A stretch of 64,000 bases of DNA. It comes from Thermodesulfobacteriota bacterium. Its GTDB lineage: Bacteria; Desulfobacterota; Desulfobulbia; Desulfobulbales; SURF-16. The stretch lies in assembly GCA_040755455.1 (NCBI GenBank), contig JBFMAY010000005.1:32001-96000 (forward strand). Reading direction: 5' to 3'. Both the position numbers and the translations under genes were made by a program. Positions 9,899-18,691 of this stretch are shown here, piece by piece (position 1 is the first letter of the stretch; each line of letters begins with the position of its first letter). The notes under the pieces are model-generated. The model was given only the letters and a program-made list of their open reading frames with translations. It was not told the origin of the DNA and did not search any database.

Positions 9899-10139
9899 GG
9901 CATCTTTCTTTACCCTTCGCTCTCCCCCCCATCCGTTATGTGCAACGTCAGCCGCACCGTGTTTCCTTCCTGATCCACCGGGCCATAAAGTTCCACATCA
10001 CAGCTGGTTTTCAGCCAGCACCTCCCGCACACTGTCCGGCAGATCCCGCGACTGCAGCAACTCTTCCTGAGACCGCATGAGAAAGGCGATGGGGCTTTTC
10101 AGGGCGTGGGATGCGCTGACAATGCTGTAGTTTTTTCGC

Positions 10140-10185
10140 TTGCATATTTTTTTTTGCGCACTAATATGACCACCTGGTCACATTA
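10140..10185 (+). promoter_or_regulatory. Putative sigma70 promoter overlapped by a palindromic TetR-type operator
   Basis: TTGCAT (10140)-16 bp-TAATAT (10162). Palindrome TAAT-a-TGACCA-cc-TGGTCA-c-ATTA (10162-10185) directly before the TetR start. Confidence 0.65.
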
Positions 10186-10856
10186 TGGAAAAGATACAGC
10201 AATTAGCACAAACGACATTCAGCAACCTGCCTCCGGAAAAACAGGAGAAAATCGTGGCCGCGGCGGTCAGGGAATTTGCCCGGCATGGGTATAAAAAAGC
10301 AAGCATCAATACCATTGTCAGGGAGGCGGGTATTGCCAAGGGATCTCTCTATCAGTACTTCCGGAACAAGGAGGTGCTCTTTGTCTTTATCTTTGAGCGT
10401 TTTACCCTGCTGGTAAAAAAGGCCGTGAAAGAGCAGGAAACCGGACTTGAGGATGACTTCTTCAACCAGGTCGGCCGGGTGCTGCTGGCCGGTATTGGAT
10501 TCGTTGACCGCCATCCTGATTATTTCCAGATTTATCTCAGGGTGCTGTTTGAGCAGGATGTGCCCATGCGGGAGAAGCTGCTGGCCCAGGTCCGGCTTTT
10601 TTCCAGGGAATACTTTGGGCCGCTGTGCCAGGCCGGGCAGAAAAGCGGTGCCATCCGCCGGGACATTCCGCTGGCTATGGTTATTTTTGTCCTTGACGCC
10701 ACCCTTGACCGCTTTTTGCAGAGTTATGCCCAGGGGGTTCTTGACCGCGATCTCGGCCTGACGCAGATCAGTAGCGAGGCGCTGCCTGCCCAGGTAAACA
10801 TGATGCTGCAGGTGTTACGAGAAGGACTGGCAGTCAGTGGTAACAGCAGTAATTGA
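10185..10856 (+). CDS. TetR/AcrR-family transcriptional regulator
   Basis: N-terminal HTH EFARHGYKKASINTIVREAGIAKGSLYQYF. Confidence 0.93.
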   Translation: MEKIQQLAQTTFSNLPPEKQEKIVAAAVREFARHGYKKASINTIVREAGIAKGSLYQYFRNKEVLFVFIFERFTLLVKKAVKEQETGLEDDFFNQVGRVLLAGIGFVDRHPDYFQIYLRVLFEQDVPMREKLLAQVRLFSREYFGPLCQAGQKSGAIRRDIPLAMVIFVLDATLDRFLQSYAQGVLDRDLGLTQISSEALPAQVNMMLQVLREGLAVSGNSSN

Positions 10857-10923
10857 GTGGTTTGATAAGAATTTGCGTGGCGTTGTGTAGACGCAGCAGA
10901 GCTAGCAAGGGAGCGACAATTTC

Positions 10924-12018
10924 ATGGACGCATATGTGGACAAGGCAGGGCTCGGTGATATCCAGCGGAAGATAAAAAATAACGAGCGGATCAGCCGGGA
11001 AGACGGCATCAGACTTTATCAGTCTCCCCATCTGCTGGCGGTGGGCTATCTGGCCAACATGGTGCGGGAGCGCGTCAACGGCGACAACGCCTACTTTATT
11101 TACAACCAGCATATCAACTATTCCAATATCTGCACCAACCTCTGTAAATTCTGCGCCTTCGGCAAGGCCAAGGATTCCGACAAGGCCTATGAGATGACCC
11201 GGGAGGAGGTGGCCCGCAAGGTGCGGGAGCGCATTGATGAGCCCATCACAGAGATCCACATGGTGGGCGGTATCCATCCGGATCTTCCCTTCAGCTACTA
11301 CACCGATCTGCTTAAGGAAATCAAAATGATCCGGCCGCAGGTCCATATCCAGGCCTTCACCTGCGTGGAGATTGATCATCTGGCCAGGCTTGCCGGCCAG
11401 CCGGTTGACCGGACCCTGGAAATTCTCATGGAGGCCGGGCTCGATTCCATCCCCGGCGGCGGCGCCGAGGTATTCAGCCCGCGCATCAGAAAATTGACCT
11501 GCGAAAGCAAACTTTCCGGCGAGGGATGGCTGGAGGTAGCCAAGACGGCCCATCGGTGCGGACTAAAAACCAATGCCACCATGCTCTACGGCCATATCGA
11601 GACGATCGAGGAGCGTATCGACCATCTCGACGCCCTGCGCCATGCCCAGGATGAGACCGGCGGCTTTCTGGCCTTTATTCCCCTGGCCTTTCATCCGAAA
11701 AATACGCAGCTGGCCGATCTGTCCCGCACCTCGGGCATGGATGACCTGAAAAACCTGGCCGTGGCCCGCTGCTTTCTCGATAATTTTCCCCACATCAAGG
11801 CCTACTGGGTGATGATCGGGCCGAAGCTGGCCCAGGTCGCCCTGTCCTTTGGCGCCGATGACGTGGACGGCACGGTGAAGGAGGAGATCATCACCCACAT
11901 GGCCGGGGCCGAGACCGAGCAGGCCATGTCCATTGATGAGCTGGTGCGGCTGATCAAGGAGGCGGGCCGTACGCCGGTGCAGCGCGGCACATTGTACGAT
12001 GTGATTAAGACGTATTAG
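10924..12018 (+). CDS. mqnE: Aminofutalosine synthase (radical SAM)
   Basis: NICTNLCKFCAF, EIHMVGG, PGGGAE, HIKAYW, DGTV.EE.ITHMAGA; menaquinone operon context. Confidence 0.9.
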   Translation: MDAYVDKAGLGDIQRKIKNNERISREDGIRLYQSPHLLAVGYLANMVRERVNGDNAYFIYNQHINYSNICTNLCKFCAFGKAKDSDKAYEMTREEVARKVRERIDEPITEIHMVGGIHPDLPFSYYTDLLKEIKMIRPQVHIQAFTCVEIDHLARLAGQPVDRTLEILMEAGLDSIPGGGAEVFSPRIRKLTCESKLSGEGWLEVAKTAHRCGLKTNATMLYGHIETIEERIDHLDALRHAQDETGGFLAFIPLAFHPKNTQLADLSRTSGMDDLKNLAVARCFLDNFPHIKAYWVMIGPKLAQVALSFGADDVDGTVKEEIITHMAGAETEQAMSIDELVRLIKEAGRTPVQRGTLYDVIKTY

Positions 12019-12019
12019 G

Positions 12020-12140
12020 CTGACTGGTCTGGCTGGTCGGACTGATAAGGCCCGCTCCTCCGCACAGGATGGCATGCACACAACGTCAAGGACAGTAAGA
12101 CCAGTAGGACTAATCGGACTAAAAAGATTAATAAGACCAA
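12020..12140. repeat. Intergenic 9-bp tandem repeat arms around a decayed REP half
   Basis: Left ctgactggt ctggctggt cggactgat; right gaccagtag gactaatcg gactaaaaa gattaataa gacc; GGCCCGCTCCT at 12049. Shares TAAGACCAGTAGGACTAA with the 15410 region. Confidence 0.7.
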
Positions 12141-12141
12141 A

Positions 12142-13203
12142 ATGAACATGGAAAACATCATCAAGAAAGTCGAGGCAGGGCAGCGCATCAGCGGGGAAGA
12201 GGGGCTGCAGCTGCTGCGTGACGGGGATCTCTATCAGCTCGGCGGGCTTGCGGACACCATCCGCCAAAGGCTGCATCCCGAACCGCTGGTCACCTATGTG
12301 ATCGACCGCAATATCAATTACACGGACATCTGCATCTCCGCCTGTAAGTTCTGCGCCTTTTACAAGGCCCCGGAGGACGAGCGCGGCTCGGTGCTCACCT
12401 TTGACGAGCTGGGGCAGAAAATAGAAGAGACGAAGGAGCTGGGAGGCACCCAGATCCTGCTCCAGGGCGGGCTGCATCCGGACAAGCCGCTGGAGTTTTA
12501 TGAGGAGATGCTGCGCTTCATCAAGGGGTACGGCATCCACATTCACGGATTTTCCCCCCCCGAGGTCTGTCATTTTGCCAGTCTGTCGGGCTTAAGTGTC
12601 CGCGAGGTGCTCATCCGTCTGCGTAAGGCGGGGCTGGATTCCATCCCCGGCGGCGGGGCGGAGATCCTGTCCGACCGGGTGCGGCAGGAAACCGCGCCGC
12701 GCAAGTGTTCGGCCGATGCCTGGATCGCGGTGATGGAGGAGGCCCATAACTTGGGCATGCGCACCACGGCGACCATGATGTTCGGCCATATCGAAACCTT
12801 GAAGGAACGCATTGAGCATCTGGAGCGGGTCCGCAGCCTGCAGGACCGCACCGGGGGTTTCACCGCCTTTATTCCCTGGCCCTTCCAGCCCGACAATACG
12901 GTGTATGCCCATCTGCCGAAAACCACGGCCTTTGCCTATCTGAAGATGCTGGCCATGTCCCGCATCTATCTCGACAACATCGATAATATCCAGGCCTCCT
13001 GGGTGACCCAGGGGCCGAAGATCGCCCAGATTTCCCTGTTCTTCGGAGCCAATGATTTCGGCAGCACCATGATCGAGGAAAACGTGGTGGCCGCAGCCGG
13101 GGTGAGCTTCAGATTGTCCGAGGAGGAGATCCGCCGCATCGTCCGCGAGGCCGGATTCGCCCCCAGGCAGCGCAGGATGGATTATACGCTGGTTGCGGGG
13201 TAG
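12142..13203 (+). CDS. mqnC: Cyclic dehypoxanthinylfutalosine synthase (radical SAM)
   Basis: YVIDRNINYT, CISACKFCAFY, QILLQGG, NIQASWVTQG, DFGSTMIEENVV. Confidence 0.92.
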   Translation: MNMENIIKKVEAGQRISGEEGLQLLRDGDLYQLGGLADTIRQRLHPEPLVTYVIDRNINYTDICISACKFCAFYKAPEDERGSVLTFDELGQKIEETKELGGTQILLQGGLHPDKPLEFYEEMLRFIKGYGIHIHGFSPPEVCHFASLSGLSVREVLIRLRKAGLDSIPGGGAEILSDRVRQETAPRKCSADAWIAVMEEAHNLGMRTTATMMFGHIETLKERIEHLERVRSLQDRTGGFTAFIPWPFQPDNTVYAHLPKTTAFAYLKMLAMSRIYLDNIDNIQASWVTQGPKIAQISLFFGANDFGSTMIEENVVAAAGVSFRLSEEEIRRIVREAGFAPRQRRMDYTLVAG

Positions 13204-13211
13204 ACAAGGCC

Positions 13212-14405
13212 ATGCTGCTTGTGCACAGAGCGCCGGTGGTGCTGCCGATTTCCGCCCCGCCCATCAGCGATGGGGCCGTGCTCACCGACGGCGGGGTCAT
13301 TGTCGAGGTCGGCCCCTATGCCCATCTCAAGGGCAGGGGACAGGTGCAGGACCATGAGGGGGCAATGCTGCTGCCGGCCCTGATCAACTGTCATGCCCAC
13401 CTGGAATTGTCCCATCTGGCTGATCTCGGCCAAGGCCCCCCCCAACAGGGCGATATGACCGGCTGGATCGGTGGACTGCTGGCGGCCCGGCAGCATGCGG
13501 CTGCTGACGGATTTGCCGCGGCCCGGCTCGCCTTGGACGCCTTGCATCAGCAGGGGGTGGGCTGCGTGGCCGATATCGGCAATCTGTCTGACAGCGAAAA
13601 AATCGGCGAGGGGCATGCGGTAGAGGTCATTTTTTTTCTTGAGATGCTGGGTTTCTCCGCTCATTCGGGGGCCAATGCCCTGGCCAGGATGCAGCAGTGC
13701 CCCTGGGACTGCACCAGCCATGCTCCCTATACCAATCATGCCCTTCTGCTGGTTGCGGCAAAGCAGCGGGCGCGGAGCAGAAAGCATATTTTCCCCATCC
13801 ATGTGGCGGAATCCCGGGCGGAAATCGATTTTCTGCTGGACGGCTCCGGCCCCCTGCGCCCCTTTATCGAGGAGCGGGGCTTCTGGGATGGCTCCTTTAT
13901 CCCCCCCGGCTGCGGGGCGGTCACCTACCTTGACCGGCTGGGCATTATCGATGGGCAGACCGTGTGCGTGCATTGCGTGCATGTGACGGACGATGAAATA
14001 GCATTGCTTGCCGCAAGGCGCGCCAGGGTGTGTTTGTGTCCGGGCAGCAACAGGCATCTGGGGGTGGGCCGGGCGCCGGTGGAAAAAATGGTGAGGGCGG
14101 GCATAGTGCTCGGCCTGGGCACCGACAGTCTGGCCAGCAATCCGCAGCTCTCCATCTGGGAGGAGATGCGCCTGGTGCGCGAGGATCATCCCCAGCTTGC
14201 CCCGAGAGCGGTGCTGGCCATGGCGACAGGAGGCGGTGCCCGCTGTCTTGCCGTCCCTGACCTTGGTGAACTGGCCCCTGGCCGCAAGGCCGCGATCATC
14301 GCCGTGGAAGCTCAGGGGATAACGGCCGGCAATGCCGATGATTTTCTGACCAGCGCGGGAAAAGGCGTTCGTGTCCGCTGGGTTGAGGGGGGGCGGGTGA
14401 GATGA
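13212..14405 (+). CDS. Amidohydrolase, probable aminodeoxyfutalosine deaminase
   Basis: NCHAHLELS (HxH), HAPY, HVAES, VHCVH, CPGSN, LGTDS. Position within the mqn operon suggests the substrate (inference). Confidence 0.75.
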   Translation: MLLVHRAPVVLPISAPPISDGAVLTDGGVIVEVGPYAHLKGRGQVQDHEGAMLLPALINCHAHLELSHLADLGQGPPQQGDMTGWIGGLLAARQHAAADGFAAARLALDALHQQGVGCVADIGNLSDSEKIGEGHAVEVIFFLEMLGFSAHSGANALARMQQCPWDCTSHAPYTNHALLLVAAKQRARSRKHIFPIHVAESRAEIDFLLDGSGPLRPFIEERGFWDGSFIPPGCGAVTYLDRLGIIDGQTVCVHCVHVTDDEIALLAARRARVCLCPGSNRHLGVGRAPVEKMVRAGIVLGLGTDSLASNPQLSIWEEMRLVREDHPQLAPRAVLAMATGGGARCLAVPDLGELAPGRKAAIIAVEAQGITAGNADDFLTSAGKGVRVRWVEGGRVR

Positions 14406-15217
14406 CGGCGCGTATCGGCATGGTCAACTTTATCAACACGGCGCCGCTCTATGTGATCTGGCAGCAGCGGGTGGCACGGCCGGACTGGCTGGTCACCGAG
14501 GGGGCGCCGACCACTTTGAACAGGATGCTCTGCCACAATGAGCTGGACCTGGGCTTTGTCTCCTCCCATGAATATGCGGCCCATCCCCATCTGTACCGGA
14601 TCATGGAGGATATTTCCATCAGCTCCTCCGGCCCGGTGGGCAGTGTTTTTCTTTTTTCCACCGTGGCCCCGGAAAGACTGGCGGGCCGGAATGTGCGGCT
14701 GAGCACCCAGTCGCAGACCTCGGTGGCCCTGGTCAAGATCATTCTGGAGGAGTTTTACCGGGTGCAACCCATTTACCACCCCGGAAACCAGACGGAAAAC
14801 ATTGAGGTAAGCGGGGTGCTGGCCATTGGCGATGAGGCCCTGCGGCTGAAAACCAGCGGGGTTTATCCCTTCTGTCTTGATCTGGGGGAGAACTGGCTGC
14901 AGCACACCGGACTTCCCTTTGTCTTCGCCGTCTGGGCGGTACGGGAGGATTTTTTTGCCGCAAGTCCCCGCTGCGTCGGTGAAATCCGGGCGGAGCTGCT
15001 GTCCTGTATCCGCCAGGGTAAGGAAGAACTGTATGCAATCTGCAGCCACGTGGCGCCGCGTATTCCCATGGCCGTCGATTCATGTTATAGGTATCTCCGC
15101 GGCATTGAATATGATCTTTCCCCACGGAAAATGCAGGCCCTCACGCTTTTTTTTGATTTTTTGATCAAACGCGGCGAGGCCCCTGCTGCGGCCCTGCCGG
15201 TAAAATTATGTAGATGA
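14402..15217 (+). CDS. mqnA: Chorismate dehydratase, futalosine pathway
   Basis: RIGMVNFINTAPL, GPVGSV, SQTSVAL, IGDEAL, DLGE.W...TGLPFVFAVW. Confidence 0.9.
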   Translation: MTARIGMVNFINTAPLYVIWQQRVARPDWLVTEGAPTTLNRMLCHNELDLGFVSSHEYAAHPHLYRIMEDISISSSGPVGSVFLFSTVAPERLAGRNVRLSTQSQTSVALVKIILEEFYRVQPIYHPGNQTENIEVSGVLAIGDEALRLKTSGVYPFCLDLGENWLQHTGLPFVFAVWAVREDFFAASPRCVGEIRAELLSCIRQGKEELYAICSHVAPRIPMAVDSCYRYLRGIEYDLSPRKMQALTLFFDFLIKRGEAPAAALPVKLCR

Positions 15218-15428
15218 CTGGTCTTACTGGTCTTACTGGCCGCACTGGTTTCACTGGTCGGGCTGGTCAGCTTGTTTTTTCAAGTAGGAGCGGGGCCATG
15301 CCCGCGATAACGGTGTTTCTTAATACCAAAGGTCGCGGGCATGGCCCTCTCCTGCACCGCGAGCTGCGACGGAGTGAGACAATAGCATAAGCCGGATCAG
15401 TAAGACTAATAAGACCAGTAGGACTAAC
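15217..15428. repeat. GTAG-family REP doublet (REPIN, 15284-15355) flanked by inverted 9-bp tandem repeat arrays
   Basis: GTAGGAGCGGGGCCATGCCCGCGA ... TCGCGGGCATGGCCCTCTCCTGC inverted pair; left arm 6x ACTGGTCTT-like, right arm about 4x AAGACYARTA-like. Confidence 0.8.
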
Positions 15429-15432
15429 AACA

Positions 15433-16140
15433 ATGCAAACTCCGGATGAAAAGAAAACATTCGTCAAAGAAAAGTTTTCTTCCATCAGTCATAAATATGA
15501 TTTTTTGAATTCACTGCTCAGTTTCCAGATCGACCGTTACTGGCGCTGGGTCACCACCAGGGAACTGAAGATGTTTCCCGACGGGGCGGTGCTCGATCTC
15601 TGCGCCGGGACCCTGCCCCTTTCCCTGGAGCTGACCAGGCAGGCCCCCGCCCGGCAGGTGGTGGCCATCGATTTCTGCGAGGACATGCTGCGGGCTGGAA
15701 TTAAAACCCTGCCCGCGGACGGCCGGCGGCAGCGCATCTTCCCGGTGTGCGGGGACGGGGAAAAGATCCCGGCCCGGGATGCCAGTTTCTGGGGGATAAC
15801 CGTGGCCTTCGGCGTCCGCAATCTGGGCCGCACCCAGGATGGCCTAAATGAGATGCACCGGGTGCTGAGACCAGGCGGCAAGCTGCTCATCCTGGAATTT
15901 TCCAGGCCGCAGAATGTCATCGTCAAACCGGTTTACCGTTTTTACCTGAACACGGTGCTGCCGAAGGTTGCCGGGGTGGTCTCCGGCGATAAGGAGGCCT
16001 ATGAGTATCTGGCCAGCTCCATTGCCGGATTTTATGAGCCGGAAGAGCTGCTGGGCATGATGAAAAAGGCCGGCTTTGCCGAGGTATCCCGCAGGCCGCT
16101 GACCTTCGGCATTGTTTCCGTGTACATAGGCGTCAAATGA
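15433..16140 (+). CDS. menG: Demethylmenaquinone methyltransferase (UbiE/MenG)
   Basis: YDFLNSLLSF, VLDLCAGT, AFGVRN, LRPGGKLLILEF. Confidence 0.92.
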   Translation: MQTPDEKKTFVKEKFSSISHKYDFLNSLLSFQIDRYWRWVTTRELKMFPDGAVLDLCAGTLPLSLELTRQAPARQVVAIDFCEDMLRAGIKTLPADGRRQRIFPVCGDGEKIPARDASFWGITVAFGVRNLGRTQDGLNEMHRVLRPGGKLLILEFSRPQNVIVKPVYRFYLNTVLPKVAGVVSGDKEAYEYLASSIAGFYEPEELLGMMKKAGFAEVSRRPLTFGIVSVYIGVK

Positions 16141-16700
16141 AAAAGATTATTCTGGCAATAACCGGGGCCAGCGGCTCTCTCTATGCCGTGGAGTTTCTGC
16201 GGCTGGTGAGCGGGCTGGACGTGGAGGTGCACGGCGTTATCTCCAGGGCCGGCGAGAAGGTTCTCGGACTCGAGGAGAGACTCGCCCCCCACGAGCTGAC
16301 CGCCGTGCACAAATGGTATGCCATTGACAACCTGGCCGCGCCCATGGCCAGCGGGTCGGCCCGCTATGATGCCATGGTGGTGTTGCCCTGCACCATGGGG
16401 ACGCTGGCGGCCATCGCGGGTGGCCTGTCGATCAATCTCATCCACCGGGCAGCCGACGTGATGCTGAAAGAGAGAAGGCCCCTGGTGCTCGCCGTGCGAG
16501 AAACCCCGTTTAACCGGACCCACCTGCAGAATATGCTGGCCGCCTCGGATGCCGGGGCCATCATCTGTCCGGCCATGCCGGCCTTTTATCACCTGCCGGA
16601 AAATCTGCGGGACATGGCCCGTCATTTCGCCGGCCGGGTGGCGGCCCAGATCGGACTAAAGGTTCCGGGACTTAAAGAGTGGAGTGGTATCGATGTTTAA
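16137..16700 (+). CDS. ubiX: Flavin prenyltransferase
   Basis: AITGASG, ASGS, PCTMGT, RAADVMLKERR, RETP, PAMPAFY. Confidence 0.95.
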   Translation: MKKIILAITGASGSLYAVEFLRLVSGLDVEVHGVISRAGEKVLGLEERLAPHELTAVHKWYAIDNLAAPMASGSARYDAMVVLPCTMGTLAAIAGGLSINLIHRAADVMLKERRPLVLAVRETPFNRTHLQNMLAASDAGAIICPAMPAFYHLPENLRDMARHFAGRVAAQIGLKVPGLKEWSGIDV

Positions 16701-17547
16701 AAAGATTGCCATACTGCTGGAAATGATCAAATTCGAGCATTCGGTTTTTGCCCTGCCCTTTGCCCTCATGGGGGCCTTTCTGGCCCAGGGCGGGGTGCCG
16801 CGGGGAATAGTCTTTTTCTGGGTGGTGATGGCCATGGTGGGGGCGCGGACCTGCGCCATGGGGTTTAACCGCATTGCCGATGCCAGGTTTGACCGGGAAA
16901 ATCCCCGCACCGCCGACCGGGCCATCCCGGCCGGCTCAGTGCGGATGTGGGAGGCCTGGGCCATGGTTATTGTGGCAGGGCTGCTCTTTTTTTTCGCCTG
17001 TTTTCAGCTCAATCCGCTCACCTTCAAACTCTCGCCCCTGGCCCTGAGCCTGACCCTGTTTTATTCCGTGACCAAGCGTTTCACCTGGCTCTGCCATGTG
17101 GTGCTGGGCATTGCCCTGGCCTTTTCCCCGCTGGGCGGCTTTGTGGCGGTAAAGGGCACCCTGGCCGGGTTCCCCTGGGCCCTTTCCCTGGGGGTTCTTT
17201 TCTGGGTGACCGGCTTTGATACGGTCTATGCCTGCCTGGATGCTGATTTTGACCGGCAGGCCGGGCTTTTTTCCCTGCCGGCCCGGTTCGGCCGGGCAAG
17301 GGCCTTCCGCATGGCGGTCTCTTTTCACGTGCTGGCCTTTGCCCTTTTTGTGGCGACAGGCATCACCTGTCGGCTCAATTATTTCTATTATATCGGCATT
17401 GTGTTGACTGCCGGCGCCCTTTTTTACCAGCATCTCATTGTCAATCCCAAAAACCTTTCCCGCATCAACATGTCGTTTTTCACCATGAACGGGCTGATCA
17501 GCCTGACCCTCTTTGTCGTTACCTGGCTGTCGCTGGTAACAGGTTGA
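16684..17547 (+). CDS. ubiA: UbiA-family polyprenyltransferase (MqnP-type)
   Basis: IKFEHSVFALPF, NRIADARFDRENPRTADR, GFDTVYACLDADFDR, multiple TM segments. Confidence 0.92.
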   Translation: MVSMFKKIAILLEMIKFEHSVFALPFALMGAFLAQGGVPRGIVFFWVVMAMVGARTCAMGFNRIADARFDRENPRTADRAIPAGSVRMWEAWAMVIVAGLLFFFACFQLNPLTFKLSPLALSLTLFYSVTKRFTWLCHVVLGIALAFSPLGGFVAVKGTLAGFPWALSLGVLFWVTGFDTVYACLDADFDRQAGLFSLPARFGRARAFRMAVSFHVLAFALFVATGITCRLNYFYYIGIVLTAGALFYQHLIVNPKNLSRINMSFFTMNGLISLTLFVVTWLSLVTG

Positions 17548-17575
17548 CAAAATCTTCAAGAAAGTCATAAATATA

Positions 17576-17744
17576 AGTATCAATATATCGCAGCGGATTG
17601 ATACTGAAGCTGCTCATGACGGGATTTGAGAGCTTATTTACGGACAAGCTCTTAGTCGATCCGCCTGACGGAATTGGCTTTCGCGTTTCCGTGACAGGGG
17701 GTGATCCGGATTCGACTTGATCAGCCGATCCGTCCCTATGCCGC
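17576..17744 (+). ncRNA. Candidate structured RNA/5' leader of unknown family
   Basis: Several nested stems (TTGAGAGCTT/AAGCTCTTAG; AGTCGA-TCCG-CCTG-ACGGAA / TTCCGT-CAGG-CGGA-TCGACT; GACGG(G)AT/ATCCGTC), downstream of a TTGACA at 17544. Confidence 0.35.
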
Positions 17745-17767
17745 AAAATACCAGCTGGAAAAGAACA

Positions 17768-18691
17768 ATGCCGAAAATAAAAATTTTCACTGCCAAAAAT
17801 GTTCAGCAGTATGGTTTTACCGCCGGGGAAATCGATGCTTTGAACGCTGAATGGGAGCTACAGGCGTCAGAGCTTGGCCTGGAAGAGCATCTTCCTGAAT
17901 ATTGGCAGCAAGCAAAGCGTCATATGAGTGAAAAGCTTGCCGGCCGGGTCGCCGGGTGTCCCGCGGAAGGTGAGAATAAACAGTTGGATGGGGCACCGGT
18001 CGAGCTGCCTTCTCTTGATGTGGATCTTGCTGATTTCGATATTGCCGGTGCAAGTGAAATAACGGCTGTTGATCTATCCGATGAGGAACTTGAGGTGGAA
18101 TTCCTGGCCGATGAACTGTCCGGGCTGGAATCAATTCCTGGTGATGATCTGGAGCTCGAGATAATCCCTGAATGGCAGACGGTTTCTCTTGGGGAGATGG
18201 CTGAGGAATCCGCGGCGGTAGAAGAGTTGGAATTAGAGGAGAAAGAAGCTGCTCAGGAGCTGACGCTTGCTGCTGAAGAAATGGCTGAGGAGGACAAATC
18301 TGCCGAAGAGTTTGCGGCAGTTGCAGAACCGGAAATAGAGGTGGAGGAAGCTGCGCCGGAACTGACGCTTGCTGGTGAAGAAATGGCTGTGGAGGGAAAA
18401 CAGGCCGAAGAGCCGGCAATAGCCGCAGAACCTGAATTGGAAAAGGAAGAAGCAGTTCCGGAGCCGCCGGTTGCTGTTGAAGAATGGATTGAAGAGATGG
18501 CTGCCGGGGAAAAGATCGTGCCGGTTGCAGAGCCGGAGTTAGAGCCGGTGGATACGGCAGCGCTGCCGGAAACCGCAGTGGAAGAAGCAGTTCGCGCGGC
18601 AATTGCCGAGGAAGGGCCTGCCCCGTTTGCAGAGCAGAAAAAGGAATCGTTTTTTGGAAAAATTATCGCCCGCCTGAAAAGGATGTTCTGA
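17768..18691 (+). CDS. Acidic Glu/Ala-rich repeat protein with C-terminal amphipathic helix
   Basis: About 60-aa globular-looking N-terminus, three 34-aa repeats (102-bp period at 18245/18347/18449), ends KKESFFGKIIARLKRMF. Confidence 0.8.
   Translation: MPKIKIFTAKNVQQYGFTAGEIDALNAEWELQASELGLEEHLPEYWQQAKRHMSEKLAGRVAGCPAEGENKQLDGAPVELPSLDVDLADFDIAGASEITAVDLSDEELEVEFLADELSGLESIPGDDLELEIIPEWQTVSLGEMAEESAAVEELELEEKEAAQELTLAAEEMAEEDKSAEEFAAVAEPEIEVEEAAPELTLAGEEMAVEGKQAEEPAIAAEPELEKEEAVPEPPVAVEEWIEEMAAGEKIVPVAEPELEPVDTAALPETAVEEAVRAAIAEEGPAPFAEQKKESFFGKIIARLKRMF

Noticed and set aside
9905..10078. Short minus-strand reading frames (MRSQEELLQSRDLPDSVREVLAENQL and a downstream frame) suggesting a gene remnant
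   Set aside because: Too short, with no recognisable motif or RBS; I cannot support a pseudogene call without a homology search.
10081..10130. GGCGATGGGG...GCTGA resembling a fluoride riboswitch
   Set aside because: It lacks the TTCGCC P1 partner and the 3' GATGRCYCC pseudoknot strand, and there is no fluoride-related gene downstream.
12020..15428. Repeat arrays as a possible CRISPR
   Set aside because: Units are 9 bp and contiguous, with no unique spacers; no cas genes are in the window.
17697..17716. GGGGGTGATCCGGATTCGAC resembles the 5' end of tmRNA
   Set aside because: No tag reading frame or 3' T-arm/CCA acceptor end follows. A protein gene starts 50 nt later and the segment pairs locally in a hairpin.
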